DNA of 64,000 nucleotides from Chloroflexota bacterium. GTDB taxonomy: Bacteria > Chloroflexota > Limnocylindria > Limnocylindrales > Limnocylindraceae. The position numbers and the translations under genes are program-made. The stretch is taken from NCBI GenBank assembly GCA_039804225.1, contig JBDLWN010000102.1:3344-67343 (forward strand), given 5' to 3'. A model generated the notes under the pieces. That model was not told where the DNA came from. It made no database searches and saw only the letters and a program-made list of their open reading frames with translations. Shown here one piece after another: positions 1 to 9,453 of this stretch; positions within the stretch are counted from its first letter, which is position 1; each line of letters starts with the position of its first letter.

Positions 1-176
1 GAGGCCGGGGTCGGGTTAGCACCCGCCACACCCACCACGCCAGAGAAGCAGAGGAGGGCGGCCCCTGCGAGCGCGATGGCGCGGCGGAGCGTCCTTCGAG
101 ATGCCGCTCTGCGTTCCATAGGGAGATTCTACCGCCTATGCCACAACAGTTCATGTGAACCTTGAAAGGATCAGAT

Positions 177-1769
177 CTACTCGCTGAGGCTCCCATCGAA
201 GCCACCCTCGACATCAAGGATCCGCAGCGCGAGCGAGAGCGCTAGGCGCAGATCAGGTTCACGCAGATCCCACCCCGTTACCTCTTCAATACGCTTGAGT
301 CGATAGGCGGTGGTGTTGCGATGGACGCCTAGTGAACTGCTCGCTTCAGAGGAGCCTGGAGCGTCGAGGATGGCGCGGATCGTCTCAATCCGCTGTCGGC
401 GTGCGGCCGAGGTACCAACAAGGAGCGGCGCAAGCAAGGCGAGGGCGAGTCGACGGCCTTCCGGGATCGTCATCACCGAACCGAGCAGCTGATGCGCAGG
501 GAGAAGCTCCGCGCGCACCACCTGTTCGCCGCCACTTCCTGCGCGCCCGCCGATGCGGCGCTCTAGCGACTCAAGAGCGGCACGTGCCTCCGCCTCTGCG
601 GCGGGTCGCGCTGAAGCGTCGGTAAACGGCCGTGACACCGCGACGGGACGCTTCAGCCGCTTGGCAACCCTGCGTGCAGTCTCTGCGGCACCGGGGTCGC
701 TCGTGTCAGCAACGGCGATGATGCGCACCTCGAGGCTCTCGTTGCTCCCGCGCAACATGAAGCGTCGCGGACTCGCAAGGAGGCGCAGCTCGCGACGGAG
801 GGCCGGAACATCAGCCTCATGTGGTCGTGGTTGCCTCGCCGCGATCGCAACCCACGGTGGCCCCTCGGCCGGCAGGGTGCGTGCTTCGCCACGACCAGCG
901 TTGGCAGGAAGTTCAGCGGCAACGCGCACAATCTCAAGGGCGAGGAGTGGTGCCACGCGCTCACAGGCGATGCGTTCACGCTCGCCGACCGGCTCGTCGC
1001 CGAGCAAGATGATCGAGCCTGGCCGCTCTGAACCCTCATCGCCGAGCGGTGACTCTTCGACGCCCTCCTCAAGTTCCCGCTCCCCCTCTGGCGCGCCAGG
1101 AACGGCGGGGAGTGGAATGCGCTGCCCAGTTGGTCGACTCTTGGAGAGGTAGTGCGAGACCGCCTTCGCCGCGACGCCGCTCGACGGAAGGCCGGCTGGA
1201 GCGACAACAGCGAGCGAGACTCCGCCGCGCGCCTCAAGTGCCACCGCGCGACCAATGAACGCAGCGAGCGCACCGATGAGCGCCTCGAGTCCTTGCCCAT
1301 CGAGTGCGAGTGCTGCGATCTGCCGCTCGAGCCCAACCGCCTGTCGCTCAAGTTCGGCACGACGATTCACGACCGCGCCGATCAGGCTGCGCTCAAGTTG
1401 CGCCGATTCCATGCCGTGCACCGCGAGGCACGGCAACCCATTCTGCTCGGCAGCCTTCGCCAGTTCGGCTCGAACCTTTGATTCGGCCGCACTCGGCTGT
1501 TCGTCGCCAAGGAGCAAGATGCCGGTGCTGCCGTGCTCGGCGAGGTACTCCACAAGGTCGGCACGGGCCTGTGCGTCGGGTGCGGCTGAGGTGAGCAGGG
1601 TGAGTGGGATCAGCGCCAGATCACCCGACTCCATCCCGTCAAATGCTGGCAGTCGCATGCGCATGACGCGCACCCACGTGACGGTGCGCGCCATCGACTC
1701 GTCCCGCACCTTCGCCAACGGCACCGCGTTGGGGAGCAGCGTCTGTACGATCTCTCGCAGCGATGCCAT
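177..1769 (-). CDS. PucR/CdaR-family transcriptional regulator (C-terminal PucR-type HTH)
   Basis: 530 aa ORF. The C-terminal segment NTTAYRLKRIEEVTGWDL..LALSLAL is the characteristic PucR C-terminal helix-turn-helix. The N-terminal region is a long Ala/Leu/Arg-rich sensor domain. Confidence 0.65.
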   Translation of the reverse strand: MASLREIVQTLLPNAVPLAKVRDESMARTVTWVRVMRMRLPAFDGMESGDLALIPLTLLTSAAPDAQARADLVEYLAEHGSTGILLLGDEQPSAAESKVRAELAKAAEQNGLPCLAVHGMESAQLERSLIGAVVNRRAELERQAVGLERQIAALALDGQGLEALIGALAAFIGRAVALEARGGVSLAVVAPAGLPSSGVAAKAVSHYLSKSRPTGQRIPLPAVPGAPEGERELEEGVEESPLGDEGSERPGSIILLGDEPVGERERIACERVAPLLALEIVRVAAELPANAGRGEARTLPAEGPPWVAIAARQPRPHEADVPALRRELRLLASPRRFMLRGSNESLEVRIIAVADTSDPGAAETARRVAKRLKRPVAVSRPFTDASARPAAEAEARAALESLERRIGGRAGSGGEQVVRAELLPAHQLLGSVMTIPEGRRLALALLAPLLVGTSAARRQRIETIRAILDAPGSSEASSSLGVHRNTTAYRLKRIEEVTGWDLREPDLRLALSLALRILDVEGGFDGSLSE

Positions 1770-3208
1770 TACGCCCCCTCTCCTGACAGCCGACGTGTGA
1801 TGCGTCGAATGATGGCGCCATATTGCGCAGGATCTGTGCCCCGTTCCGTGAGGAGCGCAATCGGCACGGTGGCAACGGCAGGGCGAATCTGCAACCAGAG
1901 TCGCGCTCGAGGCCGGCGAAGCGTCAGCATCAAGCCGCCCATGATGAGCGCTGCAGCGACCCAGATGAGGAGTGCGGCTGGATCTCGCCGCGCAATGATC
2001 CCCGTGTACGAGGTGACCTCTCGCAGATAGACGCTGAATCCAGCACCCGGCGCCGTGGCCACCTCGCCCTCTGCGAGCACTGAGGCGAAGAGTGTCGTCA
2101 GGGGGAGGGGGTCATCAACACTGGGTGTGCCGCTTAGGTCAGGCGTACTCGCCACGATAAAGATCGCGGCAACACCGTTGTCGTCGCGACGCAACTGCAT
2201 CTCGATCCCGGCGCTGCTCCCTGGAATCGGCAACGTCGCATATGGCGCACCATCTAGTTGTGCGGTGAATGGTGCATCACCAGCCCAAAGCAGCGCGCCT
2301 ACGTCATCACGAATCTCGAGTCGCGCCGCTGGACCGAAGAAGTTTTGGTGAAAGCTCCAGCCGTCATAGGCAAGGGGTTCATTGACGCGCACCAGCTGGC
2401 GTGCCACCTCTTCCCCGCCAACGTAGACACCGAGGTCGGTGGAGAAATCGGCAAATGCGCCGGTTTCAGTGCGGGGGGCGCTAAAGGCGTGATTCACGAT
2501 CACAAGACCATCGGCGGTACCGATCTTGCCGACGGGGAGTGCCTCTCCATCAGTGAGCAAGATCCCTTGCGTGTACCCGAAGGCTCCCGAAGCTGCCGCA
2601 CCGAGCAGCATCACCACGAGCCCCGTGTGCATGACAAGGGTGAAACGTCCAGAGCGGCGGAAGCGGTCTGCATGAAGGAGGAGACCACCGTCGCGGTCAG
2701 GATCAGCGGCAACGCTCACCTCCCAGCCGTCGCGCTTCGCCTCGGCTGCTGCGGCGGCGGCACGGTCACCGAGCGCTGCGCCCGTTGGCAGCGCTGCAGC
2801 AAGATCGATCACGCCGCGCCCTGGTAGTGAGTCGCTGAAGAATGTGTCGGGCTGCTCGGTGCGGGATGGTGCCGTGGCAGCGGCGATCTTTGGGAGGCGG
2901 TCCCAGGTGCAAACAATGATGGAAACGGTGAGGAGCACGAGCAGCGCCGTAAACCACGGCGAGGTGAAGACGCGGAAGAGGCCGAGGCGCTCGAAGACGC
3001 CGACGAGCGGCCCGAGGGTGGGCTCGTACTCGGCACGAAGTTTGGCCATCTCGTTCGCGTAGTCTCCGGCGTTCTGTAGGGCGTAATCGGGGAGCTGGCG
3101 GAGCGCGATTCCGACCGTGGAGGCGAGGGCGATAACGCCGATCTGGAGTACGGCAAATCGTACGTTTGCCAGGAGTGCGCGCGCGAGGAGCAGGGGGCCG
3201 CTAATCAC
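1769..3208 (-). CDS. resB: ResB/Ccs1-like cytochrome c biogenesis (system II) membrane protein
   Basis: N-terminal RFAVLQIGVIALASTVG..Q and SPWFTALLVLLTVSIIVCTWDRLPK match the ResB signature regions. Other matching features are a large soluble central domain, a C-terminal TM helix (LLIWVAAALIMGGLMLTL) and length (479 aa). Confidence 0.6.
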   Translation of the reverse strand: MISGPLLLARALLANVRFAVLQIGVIALASTVGIALRQLPDYALQNAGDYANEMAKLRAEYEPTLGPLVGVFERLGLFRVFTSPWFTALLVLLTVSIIVCTWDRLPKIAAATAPSRTEQPDTFFSDSLPGRGVIDLAAALPTGAALGDRAAAAAAEAKRDGWEVSVAADPDRDGGLLLHADRFRRSGRFTLVMHTGLVVMLLGAAASGAFGYTQGILLTDGEALPVGKIGTADGLVIVNHAFSAPRTETGAFADFSTDLGVYVGGEEVARQLVRVNEPLAYDGWSFHQNFFGPAARLEIRDDVGALLWAGDAPFTAQLDGAPYATLPIPGSSAGIEMQLRRDDNGVAAIFIVASTPDLSGTPSVDDPLPLTTLFASVLAEGEVATAPGAGFSVYLREVTSYTGIIARRDPAALLIWVAAALIMGGLMLTLRRPRARLWLQIRPAVATVPIALLTERGTDPAQYGAIIRRITRRLSGEGA

Positions 3209-3288
3209 CCGCTGATGGTAGCCTTCGCACCGCTAGACCATCTCCCTTGCGGGGAACGTGGTGGCGTAGTTGCAGTGCAGGGGGTGAG

Positions 3289-3765
3289 ATGGCACGAGGG
3301 AACAGCCACGGAGCGCTCGACGACCTTGATCGTCGCCTCATGGAGGTGCTGCAGGCCGACGGCCGCAAGCCCTTCACAGAAATTGCCACAGCATTTGGCG
3401 TCCCTGAATCAACGATCCGGGCTCGATACAAGGGGCTCGTCGATCGCGGCGCACTCAAGGTGATCGCTGTCGCGGATCCACTTAAAGTTGGCTACCCGCT
3501 GATGGCTATGATCGGCGTGCGTTGCACCCCGGCCGCGCTACTGACCACCGCCAAAGAACTCGAGGCACTCCCTGAGGTGAGCTACTGCGTGGTGGTGGCT
3601 GGAGCGTACGACCTGCTGATTGAAGTGGTCTGCGAAGACAATGAGGCGCTGCTCACCTTCCTCACCGAGCGACTCCGCTCCATTGCCGGCGTGCTTGAAA
3701 CCGAAACGTTCGTCTACCTGCGCATCTTGAAGCAGAACTACGAATGGGGAACGACCCCGACCTGA
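3289..3765 (+). CDS. Lrp/AsnC-family transcriptional regulator
   Basis: LDDLDRRLMEVLQADGRKPFTEIATAFGVPESTIRARYKGL is an AsnC-type HTH, followed by a RAM domain (YDLLIEVVCEDNEAL). The start is taken at the internal Met (MARGN...) rather than the ORF-track start at 3247. Confidence 0.8.
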   Translation: MARGNSHGALDDLDRRLMEVLQADGRKPFTEIATAFGVPESTIRARYKGLVDRGALKVIAVADPLKVGYPLMAMIGVRCTPAALLTTAKELEALPEVSYCVVVAGAYDLLIEVVCEDNEALLTFLTERLRSIAGVLETETFVYLRILKQNYEWGTTPT

Positions 3766-3816
3766 CCGCCTGAGCGGCTCGGCCGGGGTCGCCCGGTTAC
3801 TCCAGTTGCGCGAGCG

Positions 3817-4722
3817 TTATGCAGCGCGGCGCTTTGACCAGCCGACCAGGGTTGCCGCGCCGATATAGGCGAGCAGTGCCGCCAAGATGATGGCTGGCAG
3901 GGCGGTCGTCCAACCACCCTCTTCGTCTCTTGTTCCAGTCATTTCCATGTCCATGGCGAAGAGTGGCATCGGGCCAACAATCGTTCCGTCAGGCAGCACG
4001 CAGGTGGTCACCGTCGGATCGTTGACGTCCACACCTTCAGCGCAGGGCTCAAGCGATGCGCGGAACTCCTCCATCCACGTCTCATACATCTTGGCCCAAT
4101 CGGTGTCGCCTTCACCACCATCCTCAAGCACCATGGGGAAGAGTGAGCCGTCTGGAAGCAGGCACGGCAGGACCGTGTCGCTCGAGATTGGCGCATCCGG
4201 TTCTGTGATCCCCTCTGGGCAGGCAGTCGGCTCACCGGTCACGGTTCGCCACTCTGGCTCTGGAACAACTCCGCCACTGCGACCTGCGAGTTCGATGAGT
4301 GCTGCAGGTGCATCGCCTGGGAGCACGTCACCCTGGTGGCTGTCAAAGGTTGCCGCACCCGTTAGCGGATCGACCTGATAGACGAAGCTGTGTGCGTTGA
4401 TGCAGCCGGCCTCGCAGTCGTTCCACCCGTAGGTGTAGACAACGATCCAGGTCGCTGCACTTCCCGACTCTCCCTTGACGTCGTAGTACTGCGAGGCGCC
4501 GATCTGTGCGCCATCGTTGTAGGTGAATTCGTCGAATGGCCCACCGGCGGCAAGGACGGCAGCGTGGGCGTCCTCAGGGGTGGCGATTGGCAGCGTGCCG
4601 CTGTACTCCGGCGCGAGGTAAGGGACGACCTCAGGGGTTGGGGACTCGTCGGCCGCAGCTGCGGGGGCAACGGCCGCCAACAGAAGGGCGATCGGGAGGA
4701 AGAGCCTCAGGAGTGTTCGCAC
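3817..4722 (-). CDS. Secreted, C-terminally membrane-anchored hypothetical protein with an internal Cys-containing repeat
   Basis: Signal peptide (MRTLLRLFLPIALLLAAVAPAAAA). Two copies of a C(L/V)LPDG(S/T)(L/I)(F/V)(P/G)PM motif. Acidic stretches. C-terminal TM helix plus basic tail (IILAALLAYIGAATLVGWSKRRAA). No family recognised. Confidence 0.5.
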   Translation of the reverse strand: MRTLLRLFLPIALLLAAVAPAAAADESPTPEVVPYLAPEYSGTLPIATPEDAHAAVLAAGGPFDEFTYNDGAQIGASQYYDVKGESGSAATWIVVYTYGWNDCEAGCINAHSFVYQVDPLTGAATFDSHQGDVLPGDAPAALIELAGRSGGVVPEPEWRTVTGEPTACPEGITEPDAPISSDTVLPCLLPDGSLFPMVLEDGGEGDTDWAKMYETWMEEFRASLEPCAEGVDVNDPTVTTCVLPDGTIVGPMPLFAMDMEMTGTRDEEGGWTTALPAIILAALLAYIGAATLVGWSKRRAA

Positions 4723-4805
4723 GATTCACCTCTACTTCTTCTGTGTGGGGATTCTCCCCATCGGTATCGTAACGAGGGAGCGGCGCTGGCGGTTCCCGTG
4801 AGGGG

Positions 4806-5456
4806 TCAGCCAGCCTGGTCGTAGGGCTGTGGGAGCCACTCGTCCCCAGTAAGGGCATGGAGCTCTCCGAGCGAAATATCAAACCAGGCGCCGTGCAGGG
4901 TGAGGCTGCCAGCGCGCTCGCGCTCGGCGATCCAGGGGAAGGTCCGGAGATGCTCTAACGACTGCTGCACGCTGAGATGCTCGATGAGTTTCTGGCGCTC
5001 CTCAGGGCTGCTCGCTGACGTAGTGGGGGTGCGCTGATCGAGAGTTACGAGGTCCGCAACCCATGCACCGATGAAGTCCGAGTCGGTCAGGGGAGATGCC
5101 GAATCAATCGCGGCGGCAACCCCCCCACAGCGCCCATGCCCCATGACAACGATTGAGGTGACACCGAGTCCATGTATGGCGAACTCAAGGGCTGCGCTCG
5201 CGCCGTGGCTCTTGGCATCGGGGGCGTAAACGGGGACGAGCGCGGCGACATTCCGCAGCACAAAGAGTTCCCCTGGGCCAGCGTCAAAGATGGTCTCTGG
5301 GGCAGAGCGGGAGTCGGAGCAGGCAACGATCATCGTGCGCGGTTTCTGACCCTCGCGCGCCAGCTCGTCATAGCGAAGGCGCTCGGCGTTGTAGCGCCCG
5401 GCACGGAAGCGTCGGTATCCCGCGCTGAGGCGCTCAGAGAGGGGCTGGCTCAACAT
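4806..5456 (-). CDS. Beta-class carbonic anhydrase
   Basis: CSDSR and HGxCGG zinc-ligand motifs (MIVACSDSRSAPE...VMGHGRCGG). 216 aa. Confidence 0.85.
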   Translation of the reverse strand: MLSQPLSERLSAGYRRFRAGRYNAERLRYDELAREGQKPRTMIVACSDSRSAPETIFDAGPGELFVLRNVAALVPVYAPDAKSHGASAALEFAIHGLGVTSIVVMGHGRCGGVAAAIDSASPLTDSDFIGAWVADLVTLDQRTPTTSASSPEERQKLIEHLSVQQSLEHLRTFPWIAERERAGSLTLHGAWFDISLGELHALTGDEWLPQPYDQAG

Positions 5457-5513
5457 GTACGCAGTCTAAACGAGGCGGCTAGGGCGGTAGATGACGCGAT
5501 TTGAGGGAGAGTT

Positions 5514-5591
<78 letters not shown>

Positions 5592-5639
5592 ACCTGCTCA
5601 TCCTAAACGCTCCTCTCAATCGGGTGGCATCATCAACCC

Positions 5640-7226
5640 ATGCCTGTTGAAATGACGCCCAAATCGGGCTCCCTTCGAGCCGCTGCCGCATCTGCCGTTG
5701 TGCCCGGACTAGGCCAGTGGCTTAACGGACGCCGCCGCGCTGCGCTCCTCTCCGCCCTCCCCCTCCTGCTCCTCATCGTGGTGGCGGTCAGCGCGCTCCT
5801 CCTCTTCGGCGTGGTGCGCACCGCCGCTGCGGTTGCAACCCCCGGCCGACTGACGCTCCTCTTCGCCCTGCTCCTTCTCTCCATTCCGTGGCGCATCCTG
5901 GTCACCCTCGATGCGGCCCGCGGCGCGAAGCGCACCCGTCGCACAGCCATCTTGCTGGCGCTGGCCCTGCTGATCTCCATCGCGCCGCAGGCAGGGGCTG
6001 CGGCCATTGTCTATCGCGCGAGGGTCGCCGCTACCGACGTCTTCTCCGGCTTCGGCACCCCATCGCCAAGTGGATCTGCAACGGAGAGTTCCACACCCAC
6101 CCCGCCTCCACTCGGCGATCGCTTCACCATGCTGCTCATTGGTGCCGACACCATGGGGAACCGCGCCTCCTTCAACACTGACTCCATGATCATCGTCAGT
6201 TGGGATCGAGTCGGTGGCTACGTCAGCACCGTCTCCATTCCTCGAGATCTTGTGAATGTGCCGTTGGGCAACGGCGACGTATTTGGGCCCAAGATCAACT
6301 CGCTCTGGTCATACGCTCTGCGGTATCCAAAGAAGTTTCCAGAAGGTCCAGCCGTTGCGCTCAGCACAGCGCTCGGCACCATGTTCAACGTCAGAATTGA
6401 CGCGACTGCAGTGGTTGTGATCCCGACCTTTGTCAAGATCATTGATCAACTCGGCGGTGTTGACCTAACAATTCGTCGCACCATTCTTGATGTCTCGTAT
6501 CGAACCAACATGGACGGGGCCAGGCTTCCCGCCGGAAACTGGCATGTGAGCGGCGAATGTGCACTCGCCTATGCTCGTATCCGCAAGGCTCCGGGTACCG
6601 ATGACATGACGCGCGGGCCGCGTCAGATTGAGATCCTGCTCGCTGCGCGCGATGAGTTGGCGCGCAGTGGCAACTTTGTTGGCAATGCGCTCGCCCTGCT
6701 GGATGTGATCGGTGATGGCGTGCGCACGGACCTGAACCCTGCGCTGATTCCGCAACTAGCAGAGGCGGCAGGGTCGTTTGATACGACGAAGATCGTACGT
6801 GCCGTGATCCAACCAGGAGATACGATCTTGCGCTACCGCCGCAAGGGTGAATACAGCCCCTTTGGCTCCGTCGTCTTCTTTGATGCAACGCGGATGTCGC
6901 TGCTTGCCGCTCGACTCTTCCCAGCTCCCGGCACACGGCCGTGGGGGTTCCCAGCTGCAGCGAACGAGCCCAAGCTCGGCGCGGAGGCCGCTTTCACGCC
7001 CGCGCCGCTCGCAAGTGGCGCATCACCCACGCCAACAGCGACGCCAACGCCAGAGCTGGCGCGTCCATTCCCACCGCTCGCCTCATGCGACGCTGGGCTC
7101 CCGCTGCCGCGCTACACCCCGACGCCAGATCCAACCGCCCCACCAGAGAGCGCGTCGCCGAGTCCGTCACCAACGGAGGTGACGCCCTCCCCAACTGCAA
7201 CGGAGAGCGTTCCCCCCTCCCCGTAG
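5640..7226 (+). CDS. LytR-CpsA-Psr (LCP) family cell-envelope phosphotransferase with Pro/Thr/Ser-rich C-terminal tail
   Basis: N-terminal TM segments. LCP core ([28 protein letters not shown]...VSIPRDL...) with conserved Arg/Asp residues. Low-complexity PT-rich C-terminus. Confidence 0.8.
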   Translation: MPVEMTPKSGSLRAAAASAVVPGLGQWLNGRRRAALLSALPLLLLIVVAVSALLLFGVVRTAAAVATPGRLTLLFALLLLSIPWRILVTLDAARGAKRTRRTAILLALALLISIAPQAGAAAIVYRARVAATDVFSGFGTPSPSGSATESSTPTPPPLGDRFTMLLIGADTMGNRASFNTDSMIIVSWDRVGGYVSTVSIPRDLVNVPLGNGDVFGPKINSLWSYALRYPKKFPEGPAVALSTALGTMFNVRIDATAVVVIPTFVKIIDQLGGVDLTIRRTILDVSYRTNMDGARLPAGNWHVSGECALAYARIRKAPGTDDMTRGPRQIEILLAARDELARSGNFVGNALALLDVIGDGVRTDLNPALIPQLAEAAGSFDTTKIVRAVIQPGDTILRYRRKGEYSPFGSVVFFDATRMSLLAARLFPAPGTRPWGFPAAANEPKLGAEAAFTPAPLASGASPTPTATPTPELARPFPPLASCDAGLPLPRYTPTPDPTAPPESASPSPSPTEVTPSPTATESVPPSP

Positions 7227-7273
7227 CGCGCAACGACGAGGGAGGCTCGGGCCACGCCTCGTACAATTTGACC

Positions 7274-8155
7274 ATGCCCTCGCTTCAACACAATCTCTTC
7301 GGGTTTATCTTGGGGGCGATTGCAGCGCTGAAGCCACCTCGAGACGAGGCACATGCGCGTGCGATGTTTGCACGGATGCACAGCCAGAAGCCTGCGCTTC
7401 CACCGAAGAGAATCTTAAAGACGGTGCGTGCTGAGGTTTCACACGAACGTGGATTTCCGGTGTGGACCCTTACCCCAAAGAGCGGCAGTACTGGCGTAGA
7501 GCTGATGTATCTGCATGGTGGAGCCTACGTGGGTGATGCCTCAGTGATTCACTGGAATCTCTGCGCAGAAATCGCACGTCACAGTGGCGCCACCGTGCTC
7601 CTGCCGATCTATCCACTTGCGCCTGAGGCGACTTGGTCAACATCATTCGAGGCGCTCCTGCAATTGGCGCGCGGAAGTGGTGACAGTACTCCGGTGCTGA
7701 TGGGCGATTCTGCTGGCGGCGGACTAGCGCTCGCGCTTGCACAACGCGTCGCGGCAGGCGGTGGTTCACCTCGTGTGGCACTCATCTCCCCATGGCTTGA
7801 CGTGACGATGTCTGATCCTGCAACGCCCACATATGACCACGTTGACCCAATCCTCAGCGCACCATTCCTTGAGGTTGCCGGCCGCTTCTGGGCCGGTGGT
7901 GATGATCCTCGCCGCGCTGAAGTCAGTCCGCAATTCGGTTCTCTCCGTGGGATCCGCGAGCTGTTGCTCTTTAGTGGCTCGCGTGACGTGCTCTACCCGC
8001 AGGCGCTCCGCCTCGTGGCGGATGCAAAAGCTGCTGGTGTCGCCTGCACCGCCCACCTTGAAGAGGGTCTTGTGCACGTGTATCCGCTGCTGCCGATCCC
8101 CGAGGCGAAGATGCCTCGCGCGGCGCTTAGCGCGTTTGTTCGAGCTCACTCCTAA
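7274..8155 (+). CDS. Alpha/beta-hydrolase fold esterase/lipase (HSL-like)
   Basis: LHGGAYV oxyanion-hole motif and GDSAGG nucleophile elbow. Start chosen at MPSLQ, downstream of the LCP gene stop; the ORF-track start at 6941 overlaps the LCP gene. Confidence 0.7.
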   Translation: MPSLQHNLFGFILGAIAALKPPRDEAHARAMFARMHSQKPALPPKRILKTVRAEVSHERGFPVWTLTPKSGSTGVELMYLHGGAYVGDASVIHWNLCAEIARHSGATVLLPIYPLAPEATWSTSFEALLQLARGSGDSTPVLMGDSAGGGLALALAQRVAAGGGSPRVALISPWLDVTMSDPATPTYDHVDPILSAPFLEVAGRFWAGGDDPRRAEVSPQFGSLRGIRELLLFSGSRDVLYPQALRLVADAKAAGVACTAHLEEGLVHVYPLLPIPEAKMPRAALSAFVRAHS

Positions 8156-8735
8156 GCGCAGATGCAACGAGCGTGGCGGCGCGACCGCGGTGGCTCAATG
8201 CATCCTTCTCTGCAGGCGCGCGTTCCGCCATGGTCCGACCCTCCACCTCAAAGACTGGGTCGTAACCGAATCCGAACTCCCCTCGTGGCAACTCCGTGAT
8301 CACACCAGGGCACTCACCCCGAAAGGTGCGCTCTGAGCTTCTTGCCGGATCAATCAGCGCCATGACACACACAAAGCGCGCGCTGCGGTCAGCGACCCCC
8401 GCCATCTCGGTAAGGAGTTTCTCGTAGTTCTCGGTGTCGGTGGCGTTCGGTCCCGCATAGCGCCGGGTATAGACACCAGGGGCGCCGTTGAGTGCGGCAA
8501 CTTCAAGGCCAGAATCGTCGGCTAGCGTCCACTCGCCCGATGCCTGCGCATACCAGCGCGCCTTCTGCAGGGCGTTCTCTTCAAACGTTGCGCCGTCCTC
8601 GGGTGCCTCATCGGTGATGCCGCGGTCGCTCAGTGTCACTAGATCAATGGGTAGGTCACCAAAAAGCCGCTGCAACTCAATCAACTTGTGCGCTGAACCG
8701 GTAGCGACCAGGAGCCGCCGTCGCGGCGCGTTCAC
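8127..8735 (-). CDS. rdgB: Non-canonical purine NTP pyrophosphatase RdgB/HAM1
   Basis: [13 protein letters not shown]...FGYDPVF...SHRG motifs. GTG start overlaps the rph stop (GTGA). The rph-rdgB pairing is conserved. Confidence 0.85.
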   Translation of the reverse strand: MNAPRRRLLVATGSAHKLIELQRLFGDLPIDLVTLSDRGITDEAPEDGATFEENALQKARWYAQASGEWTLADDSGLEVAALNGAPGVYTRRYAGPNATDTENYEKLLTEMAGVADRSARFVCVMALIDPARSSERTFRGECPGVITELPRGEFGFGYDPVFEVEGRTMAERAPAEKDALSHRGRAATLVASALRSELEQTR

Positions 8736-9445
8736 GCGCCGGCGAGGGTGTCGCGCTGGAACTTGATGAGATCTGCGATACCAGCGTCGGCGAGCTTCAA
8801 CATCTCATCGAGAGCGGTGCGGTGGAAGGGATCCTGTTCCGCTGTTCCCTGCAGCTCAACATAGTGGCCAGCGTCAGTGGCAACCACGTTCAGGTCAACA
8901 TCGGCGCGGCTGTCCTCCTCGTACGGCAGATCGAGAACCGCCTGGCCGTCAACGATGCCGACCGAAACGGCAGCGACGTTGCGCACTAGATGCGCCTCCA
9001 GCTTCTTGGCACGCATCGCAAGTGCCAAGGCGATCCAACCGCCAGTGATGCTGGCGCATCGGGTGCCACCATCGGCAACGAGCACATCGCAGTCAATGAG
9101 AATGGAGCGCTCGCCAAGCTTGGCCAGGTCAACGGACTGGCGCAGCGCGCGACCGATCAGGCGCTGGATTTCATGAGTGCGGCCACCGAGCTTGCCACGG
9201 ACCGCCTCGCGGTCAGAGCGGGTGTTGGTGGCGCGGGGGAGCATGCTGTATTCGGCGGTCACCCAGCCGGTCCCCTTACCGCGAAGGTGTGGTGGCACGC
9301 GCTCCTCGATTGAGGCGGAGCAGATCACCACAGTGTTGCCGATCGAGATGATGGCGGAACCTTCAGCCCACTTCTGGACACCGAGTTCAATCTTCAAGTC
9401 GCGGAGTTGATCTACCGCGCGCCCGTCGGCTCGTACCTTACTCAT
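8732..9445 (-). CDS. rph: Ribonuclease PH
   Basis: 237 aa with the RNase PH core ([19 protein letters not shown]...[18 protein letters not shown]). Confidence 0.9.
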   Translation of the reverse strand: MSKVRADGRAVDQLRDLKIELGVQKWAEGSAIISIGNTVVICSASIEERVPPHLRGKGTGWVTAEYSMLPRATNTRSDREAVRGKLGGRTHEIQRLIGRALRQSVDLAKLGERSILIDCDVLVADGGTRCASITGGWIALALAMRAKKLEAHLVRNVAAVSVGIVDGQAVLDLPYEEDSRADVDLNVVATDAGHYVELQGTAEQDPFHRTALDEMLKLADAGIADLIKFQRDTLAGA

Positions 9446-9453
9446 GGTGCCCC

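Noticed and set aside
148-159. Short inverted repeat GTTCA-TG-TGAAC downstream of the PucR gene stop
   Set aside because: Only 5-bp arms. Could be chance. The gene it might regulate lies outside the window.
553-1360. Overlapping plus and minus ORFs (199 and 235 aa) inside the PucR regulator gene
   Set aside because: Fully nested in, or antisense to, the 530 aa regulator ORF. Ser/Arg-rich translations.
3766-3816. Possible bidirectional terminator between the Lrp gene and the convergent secreted-protein gene (CCGGG-GTCG-CCCGG)
   Set aside because: Only a 5-bp stem and no U-tract. Too weak to call.
6941-7273. Upstream extension of the alpha/beta hydrolase ORF (ORF-track start at 6941)
   Set aside because: Overlaps the C-terminal 95 codons of the LCP gene in another frame. 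Hydrolase homology begins only after MPSLQ at 7274.
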